Shown here: positions 18,104 through 23,499 of the stretch, in pieces | Layout: each line of letters opens with the position of its first letter | Position numbering within the stretch: position 1 is the first letter of the stretch | Assembly (NCBI GenBank): GCA_039024555.1 | Contig: JBCCQQ010000080.1 | Coordinates: 1-23,499, forward strand | Direction of reading: 5' to 3' | DNA from: Cyanobacteria bacterium P01_D01_bin.156 | GTDB lineage: Bacteria > Cyanobacteriota > Cyanobacteriia > Phormidesmidales > Phormidesmidaceae | Length of the DNA stretch: 23,499 nucleotides | Made by a program: the position numbers and the translations under genes | Notes under the pieces: model-generated | What the model saw: the letters and a program-made list of their open reading frames with translations, nothing else | Told to the model about the DNA's origin: nothing | Database searches by the model: none

Positions 18104-19270
18104 ATGCAAACCGTTTCAAAATCGTCAGATCGCCGGGCATCTGTAGCAACTTTGTCCACAGATCCTGCCATTGCTAACCTGCGCACGGTCATTAACCAGG
18201 TGCTTACTCCTAAGGTGCAGGATATTGATCTCAAAGGAGAATTTCCAGGACAGATTATGCACCAACTGGGGGATGCGGGTGCATTTTCCCATGCGGTCTC
18301 CACGGACTTTCAGGGTTCGGGTATAGGACTAAAGGCGGCTGTTCAAAGTATTGAAGAAATTTCTAAAGATTGTCTTTCCACGGGGTTTATTGCCTGGTGT
18401 CAGGTGGCCTGTACCTGGTATTTAGAAAATACTCAAAATGCCACTCTCAAGGCGGAAATGCTGCCTAAAGTGGCCACAGGCGAGGCCCTAGCGGGTACGG
18501 GGCTATCTAACCCCATGAAGCACTTTGCTGACATTGAGAAAATCGCTTTAACAGCACAGCGAGTAGATGGCGGTTATGTAATTAACGGTATGCTGCCCTG
18601 GGTATCGAATTTGGGGCCAGGCCATTACTTTGGCATTGCCGCCAGAATGGCGGATTCCGAAGAGTACATGATGGCGATTGTGTCTGATGATCTTGAAGGC
18701 ATGTCACTGCGTCTGAATGCTCACTTTATTGCATTAGAAGGTACTGGCACCTATAGCTGTGTATTTCGCGATGCGTTTGTGCCTGATGAGTGGGTTCTAG
18801 CGGCTCCCTGCGAAGAGTATGTCGCCTGCATCCGTCCTGGATTTATGTTGACCCAGGTGGGTATGGGACTGGGCCTAACCGATAGCTGCATTGAGCTAAT
18901 GCGACGCTCCAATAAGCGCCTAGGTCATGTGAATCGCTATCTGGACGACCAGGTAGAAGACATTAATGCTGATTTACAGATGGCTCGACAGCGCACCTAT
19001 CGGTTAGCCGATCAGCTCAATAGCTGTACCGGGGTGGCCGATCCTCAGCTCACACGGGAGATTATTCAAGCGCGAGCGACGGCATCAGAACTCTCCCTGC
19101 GGTCGTCCCAAGCGGCCATGCTCCACGCGGGTGCGCGGGCCTATGTGCATGGCAGTGCTCCTGAGCGTAAGCTGCGCGAAGCCTACTTTGTGGCCATTGT
19201 TACCCCCGCTTTGAAGCATCTTAAGAAAATGTTGGCGGATATGAAGGAAACAGCGTTACCGGTAGCGTAA
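18104..19270 (+). CDS. Acyl-CoA-dehydrogenase-fold flavoprotein (atypical; possibly a flavin-dependent monooxygenase)
   Basis: ID..GEFP, GYVING.LPWVSN, G.GT...V.F.D.FVP, AMLHAGA..Y, ERKLREAYF. No YEGT motif. Confidence 0.85.
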   Translation: MQTVSKSSDRRASVATLSTDPAIANLRTVINQVLTPKVQDIDLKGEFPGQIMHQLGDAGAFSHAVSTDFQGSGIGLKAAVQSIEEISKDCLSTGFIAWCQVACTWYLENTQNATLKAEMLPKVATGEALAGTGLSNPMKHFADIEKIALTAQRVDGGYVINGMLPWVSNLGPGHYFGIAARMADSEEYMMAIVSDDLEGMSLRLNAHFIALEGTGTYSCVFRDAFVPDEWVLAAPCEEYVACIRPGFMLTQVGMGLGLTDSCIELMRRSNKRLGHVNRYLDDQVEDINADLQMARQRTYRLADQLNSCTGVADPQLTREIIQARATASELSLRSSQAAMLHAGARAYVHGSAPERKLREAYFVAIVTPALKHLKKMLADMKETALPVA

Positions 19271-19637
19271 ATCCAAACGCCATTAAGCATAGGCGGGTCG
19301 CCCAAATCCGAGATATTTGCAACTGAATCACTGTGTTCTAAGTCCAACGTAGCCGATACTCATAGATGTTCGGCCACGTTGGGTTTATCGCATATTGGTT
19401 AAGTGTGATGAAAGTCGATAACTAAATTGCGTAGGGTAGACACTGCCCACGTTCAAATAGAGGGGTACCAGAGAAATTAAGCTCTGTTAAGCCGTAGTCA
19501 TGTTCACAAAAAAAAATTGGAATAAACGGTTTAATAGACTCCACTAGTACCCATTCAAAAAAGGCCCTATGGTATCGATCTCTGGTCAGCCCCGCCAGTG
19601 GAGCAATCTCTCTTGTGAGCAGGGAGATGTCAGCACT

Positions 19638-21191
19638 ATGGCTAAACGCTGCGTTATCTGTGGCAGCTTTCACTCCACCCAAGATCATTGGCGTTTGATG
19701 GCTGAAGCTGAGATGCCTCACAATCCGGCTGATTTGATCGATGACCTGGTGAAGATGCGGATGTATAAGCCCGCTGCGATTGAAACCGCTGATGCCATCA
19801 GTCAGGCGGAGCTGCGCACGGCCTTGTTTATCAGCATGGTCGGCAAGGGTGAACCCAGGCGAGAGAAGCTGGTGCGAGATCTGATCGGGCTAGCTGGCGG
19901 TCTTGACCAGGCGTTTAGTGCAGCCTTTGGCCCTAAGGCGGGAGAGTTTTTTACCGATGCGAAACGTCTGAGTCAGGTGACTCGGCGGAAGTTTTTGCAG
20001 AACATTGCGGTGGGTGCAGCCTTGGTTACCCTGGCAAACTGTGACTCTACAACAGATGTATCTGAGGCTCCGACTGAAGATTCAGCTGCAGGCACACCGA
20101 CCACTGGAGCTTTGGAAAAGTCTAACCTGAAGGTGGCGTTTCTTCCCATCACCTGTGCCACGCCCATCATTATGTCAAAGCCGTTGGGCATTTATGAGAA
20201 GTACGGCCTAGATGTGGAGCTGATGAAATATGCTAGCTGGTCTGTGGTGCGGGATGCGGCGATCGCAGGTGAGCTGGATGCTTACCATATGCTGGCTCCC
20301 ATGCCCATTGCCATGTCTCTAGGATTAGGGTCTACTCCATTCTCCGTTAAGCTGGCCAGTATTGAGAACAATAACGGTCAGGGCATTGCCGTAGCTAAGA
20401 AGCACCTGGGTAAGGTGAAAGGGCCTGCTGACTTTAAGGGGATGACCATTGGGATTCCCTATGATTATTCCAACCACAATTTGTTGTTGCGCTACTACCT
20501 GGCAACCGGCGGTTTAGATCCTGACAATGATGTGAAGTTGTTGATCTTGCCTCCACCGGATGCGATCGCAAAAATGTCCACAGGCCAAATCGATGCCTTT
20601 ATTCTGCCCGACAACTTTACGCAGCGCGTGGTTCAAGACGATATCGGCTTTATTCATCTACTGACGAAGGATCTCTGGGCCGGACATCCCTGCTGTGCCT
20701 TTGTTGCTGCCCAAAACTGGATCGATGAGAATCCAAATACCTTCCGGGCATTAAACAAGGCCATTATCGACGGGGCTACCTACGCCAACAACCCGGCTAA
20801 TCGTAAAGAAATTGCTGCAGCCATTGCCCCACGGGAGTACCTCAACCAGCCCTTGCCCGTACTGGAAGCGGTGATGACGGGTAAATTTGAAGATGGCCAG
20901 GGTAACACCCTAGATATTCCCGATCGCATTTACTTTGATCCCTATCCTTGGAAGAGCTTTGCCAGCTGGATTACTACACAGTTAGTCCGCTGGGATTATA
21001 CAACCGCTGATAAAGTTGCTGGTGGTGGTCAGGAGTTCTTCTTGACGGATCTAGCACGGGAGCTTGCCCAGGAATTGGGAGTAGATGCCCCTGAAGAAAT
21101 CTCACGCATTGAGAAGATGCAGTTTGGTGATTTTGACCCCAATAATGCGGATGAGTATTTGAAAGAACAAATTGATAAATTTGGGGTTTAA
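19638..21191 (+). CDS. NrtA/CmpA/CynA-family ABC substrate-binding lipoprotein with long N-terminal extension
   Basis: LEK..LKVAFLPITCATPII, SW..VRD....GELD..HMLAPMP, HN.LLRYYLA.GGLDP..DV, W.GHPCC, PYPWKS; internal TRRKFL and LANC. ATG 19638 (AGGGAG upstream) preferred over 19569. Confidence 0.9.
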   Translation: MAKRCVICGSFHSTQDHWRLMAEAEMPHNPADLIDDLVKMRMYKPAAIETADAISQAELRTALFISMVGKGEPRREKLVRDLIGLAGGLDQAFSAAFGPKAGEFFTDAKRLSQVTRRKFLQNIAVGAALVTLANCDSTTDVSEAPTEDSAAGTPTTGALEKSNLKVAFLPITCATPIIMSKPLGIYEKYGLDVELMKYASWSVVRDAAIAGELDAYHMLAPMPIAMSLGLGSTPFSVKLASIENNNGQGIAVAKKHLGKVKGPADFKGMTIGIPYDYSNHNLLLRYYLATGGLDPDNDVKLLILPPPDAIAKMSTGQIDAFILPDNFTQRVVQDDIGFIHLLTKDLWAGHPCCAFVAAQNWIDENPNTFRALNKAIIDGATYANNPANRKEIAAAIAPREYLNQPLPVLEAVMTGKFEDGQGNTLDIPDRIYFDPYPWKSFASWITTQLVRWDYTTADKVAGGGQEFFLTDLARELAQELGVDAPEEISRIEKMQFGDFDPNNADEYLKEQIDKFGV

Positions 21192-21200
21192 GAGAGAAGT

Positions 21201-21261
21201 TAAGCTCTAATCTCTATGTACAACACAACAGCTGCACATAGAGATTAGAGCTTAGTCTTTT
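21201..21261 (+). terminator. Long stem-loop after the binding-protein gene (probable terminator)
   Basis: Perfect 19-bp stem TAAGCTCTAATCTCTATGT (21201-21219) / ACATAGAGATTAGAGCTTA (21236-21254), followed by GTCTTTT, 10 bp after the stop. Confidence 0.75.
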
Positions 21262-21342
21262 AGAATTTTGTTGCAGCGCACGTGTTTAGCGCCTTGTTAA
21301 ATGTTTTGCTAAATCGAAAAACAGCATCTTCAATATTGTGGC

Positions 21343-21429
21343 ACCTAACGGTTAGGTTCAGCGGTTGTCATGGTTTTTGCATCTAAGCCGAGCGGCTTTC
21401 AGCAATCAGCTGCACCCGAGTTGTTAGCC
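21343..21429 (-). mobile_element. attC-like integron cassette recombination site 1 (87 bp)
   Basis: Minus strand: R'' GGCTAAC - AACTCG - L'' GGTGCAGC ... L' GCTGAAC - CTAACC - R' GTTAGGT. Begins 16 bp after the stop of the 21446 gene. Confidence 0.75.
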
Positions 21430-21445
21430 TTTGCATATACTACAG

Positions 21446-21952
21446 CTAGATCTCTCGATAGATGACAAAATTCTTGATATTCACCTCCTCTTCAATGAAG
21501 GTAGCAATTGCCTCTAGCATCTCTGTAAAACACTCCTCCTTCATATCTTTTGCTGTGCCGCTTAAACTCTCCGCTACCTTGTTCAGGTTACTTAGATCAC
21601 TTCTAGGAAGAATAATTACATCAAACTGAGCTTCGGATTCACTGCCCACTACTTCATAAATAATATCATCTAAAACTCGTAGCGGCCTGCTCTCAGAGAA
21701 TAGGTGCTGTTCTCGCTCCTCATTAGGATAGATATTTCTTGCCCAAAAAGATTTGCTTCCGATTTTTAGTTCTTGATGCAATCGGGACATCCACCCCAAA
21801 ACTCGATCCCCTGGATGCCAATTCCATATTTCATTCTCTATTCCATCGATCCAGCAAGTCAGGCTTTTGCGGTACGGGTCGTGGTCTGCAAACCGTAGAA
21901 ACTGTTGTTCTTCCTCTTGCTGCTCAACCCAATACTCCCAATCGTTACTCAT
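21446..21952 (-). CDS. Acidic hypothetical protein (cassette cargo)
   Basis: Open frame to 21967; ATG 21952 preferred. Very E/D/W-rich, no family recognised; flanked by attC-like sites. Confidence 0.7.
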   Translation of the reverse strand: MSNDWEYWVEQQEEEQQFLRFADHDPYRKSLTCWIDGIENEIWNWHPGDRVLGWMSRLHQELKIGSKSFWARNIYPNEEREQHLFSESRPLRVLDDIIYEVVGSESEAQFDVIILPRSDLSNLNKVAESLSGTAKDMKEECFTEMLEAIATFIEEEVNIKNFVIYREI

Positions 21953-22119
21953 TTCAACCTTTCCCAATACTCAAGTAGCCATATTTCATATTTCAATCTT
22001 TGAATTCTGGATCAGCATTTTGAAACCGTAATTTCCTCAATTGCCTGTCAATTAGCGCTTAATAAGAAATTGACACCTACAGATAAGTTATATGTACTTC
22101 CAGCAGCAAGAATGAAGCA

Positions 22120-22205
22120 GGCTAACGGTAGAGCTGAGCGGCGGCCAATATTTTGGCATTGATGCCTGGATTTTAAATTCCGTCCGCTCCTGCGCAGAGT
22201 TAGGC
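22120..22205 (-). mobile_element. attC-like integron cassette recombination site 2 (86 bp)
   Basis: Minus strand: R'' GCCTAAC - TCTGC - L'' GCAGGAGC GG[A]CGG ... CCGCC L' GCTCAGC - TCTACC - R' GTTAGCC. Downstream of the 22322 gene. Confidence 0.78.
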
Positions 22206-22321
22206 AGCAAGGCCAGCTCCGGGTAATGTATGAGCATGGTACGGACCCCAAAATTTATTGATGAGGCATTAGAAGTCACGGCAGGGAAGGCACCCTTGCT
22301 GTTTTAGTATTAGGTATACTG

Positions 22322-23137
22322 CTATCTGGGTGCAGGGACCACAATCTCGATTGTGCTCCACTCTTTTTCTCCGGCACTCGTGATCAGGGTAGGCTTGAGG
22401 TGCCAAACACGACGATCGACCCAGTAAACATCTGTTCTCCCGATAATTATCTTGAAGCGATCAGCCTCTAGCGGCTTAAGCACATGGGAAATCGTGTGTT
22501 CAACTTTGGAACCGTCTTTCTCAAGTGGTTCTAGGTCAACTTCGTACGTTGCGGAAACTTCAAGACCAGATACCCTGTCTGAAGGAAAGTATTCGTACTT
22601 TTCTGTAACGAATCTGATTCGGCTCAGGGTTACGGAAGTCGCTGAGTTGTTCAACAATCTGAAATCAAGTGTCCACGATCCGCCATCGGGGTTTGCAGTC
22701 GCAATTACGTCAGTGATTTCGAATCCGGGGCTCGATGCCTGTTCTTCTAAAGGTTGGGCAGTTGAGGTTTGACTTTCTATAGGAACTGTTGAATTAGAGT
22801 CAGTACTAGAATTTGCTTCATCATTAGATCTGCCATCAGGTTCTGGTATTCCCCAGTAAAAAAACAACAAAATTGCTAAAAACACAGCAAAAGCACCAGA
22901 AGCTCTAACTCCTAGCTTGCCTAAAGGCATTTTCCCTTCCAGATCCAAGTTTCCAGCAAACAAGTAAGCAGAAAGACCAGCTAACAAGGCAGCAAAAAAT
23001 CTAATTAGGCCAATGGTTGCTGAATCAGTTCTTTCAGGCAAGAAGAATACATAAACAATCAAGGTGATAATTACAACACTAGCTAAAACTAATGCAACTA
23101 TACGCTCCCATACATGCATGCCTTTATTTTGACTCAT
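22322..23137 (-). CDS. Hypothetical membrane protein: 3 N-terminal TM helices, S/T-rich linker, beta-rich C-terminal domain (cassette cargo)
   Basis: Hydrophobic segments at about aa 12-32, 43-61 and 78-96; linker NSSTDSNSTVPIESQTSTAQP; C-domain with alternating beta-strand pattern. Confidence 0.8.
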   Translation of the reverse strand: MSQNKGMHVWERIVALVLASVVIITLIVYVFFLPERTDSATIGLIRFFAALLAGLSAYLFAGNLDLEGKMPLGKLGVRASGAFAVFLAILLFFYWGIPEPDGRSNDEANSSTDSNSTVPIESQTSTAQPLEEQASSPGFEITDVIATANPDGGSWTLDFRLLNNSATSVTLSRIRFVTEKYEYFPSDRVSGLEVSATYEVDLEPLEKDGSKVEHTISHVLKPLEADRFKIIIGRTDVYWVDRRVWHLKPTLITSAGEKEWSTIEIVVPAPR

Positions 23138-23499
23138 TGACCAAACCCGGCGCTCTAAATACTACATGAATACAAGGATTGAGAAGTTAACTTATGAAAG
23201 CATAGAAAATATAACCTCTAATTGTCCCTGTCCTTCTAATATCCACGACAAACTTATTTTAGTCGGTTTATCAAATAAGTAAGTGCCCATAAATAAACGT
23301 AGTCCTGGATCGAAAAAATAATGGGCTAGAGGCTTTTAGGTTATTGAATAGTTTTAGCTATAGCGTTCCTACTTGATTGGTGAGAATGTTCCATACATGT
23401 GCATTTTGGGAAAATCAAAAATCTCCAATGCACAGAATTGTTCAAATAATGCCTTGAGACCGATGAAAGAAGGCTTTAATCCCGCCATGCGTCTGACCC

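Larger units (their letters stand above)
283..20569. repeat. Dispersed HIP1 octamers (GCGATCGC)
   Basis: Seen at 283, 397, 2598, 6254, 8616, 9428, 15380, 20259 and 20562 (manual scan, may be incomplete). Fewer than 1 is expected by chance in 23.5 kb. HIP1 is a cyanobacterial hallmark. Confidence 0.85.

Noticed and set aside
8804..20191. Other short alternative-frame ORFs (e.g. 8931-9203, 12365-12610, 14400-14588, 15336-15982 set, 16133-16546, 17094-17279, 17798-17998, 19422-19721)
   Set aside because: Antisense or overlapping to real genes, or running through repeats; no coding evidence.
19638..21191. Assigning nrtA, cmpA or cynA as gene symbol
   Set aside because: The family is clear, but context (no nir/nar, cmp, cynS or permease genes) and the unusual N-terminus do not support a specific orthologue.
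22048..22279. Two short minus-strand ORFs (67 and 63 aa) between the cassette genes
   Set aside because: Both read through attC-like site 2 and have no recognisable features.
23138..23499. Upstream attC/attI or integrase for the second cassette
   Set aside because: No GCCTAAC-type core site or integrase ORF is visible in this AT-rich stretch; it may lie beyond the window.

Overview
About 23.5 kb of accessory-type DNA, very likely cyanobacterial (at least 9 HIP1 GCGATCGC octamers found by eye; NrtA/CmpA-type lipoprotein; signal-peptide TPR protein). Left to right: a + strand run of small membrane proteins and enzymes (MDR oxidoreductase tail, DUF6326-like, two SAM methyltransferases, FlaR-like kinase, glyoxalase-like); a divergent AraC / NAD(P)H-reductase / DUF1772 unit; a TPR-only protein; a TetR-controlled operon with a clear twin operator; a MarR / His-rich protein / Tat multicopper oxidase module; TetR and DsbA; then a divergent DUF1348 <- -> OsmC-like (SPV instead of CPV) / atypical acyl-CoA-dehydrogenase-fold flavoprotein / NrtA-CmpA-type binding protein with a long Cys/His N-terminal extension. 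At the right end, two minus-strand orphan genes are each followed by an attC-like site with matching core sites, i.e. an integron-type gene-cassette array with no integrase inside the window. Several REP/REPIN-like palindromes lie between genes. No tRNA, rRNA, CRISPR array or transposase was seen. All family assignments come from motif recognition, not database searches.
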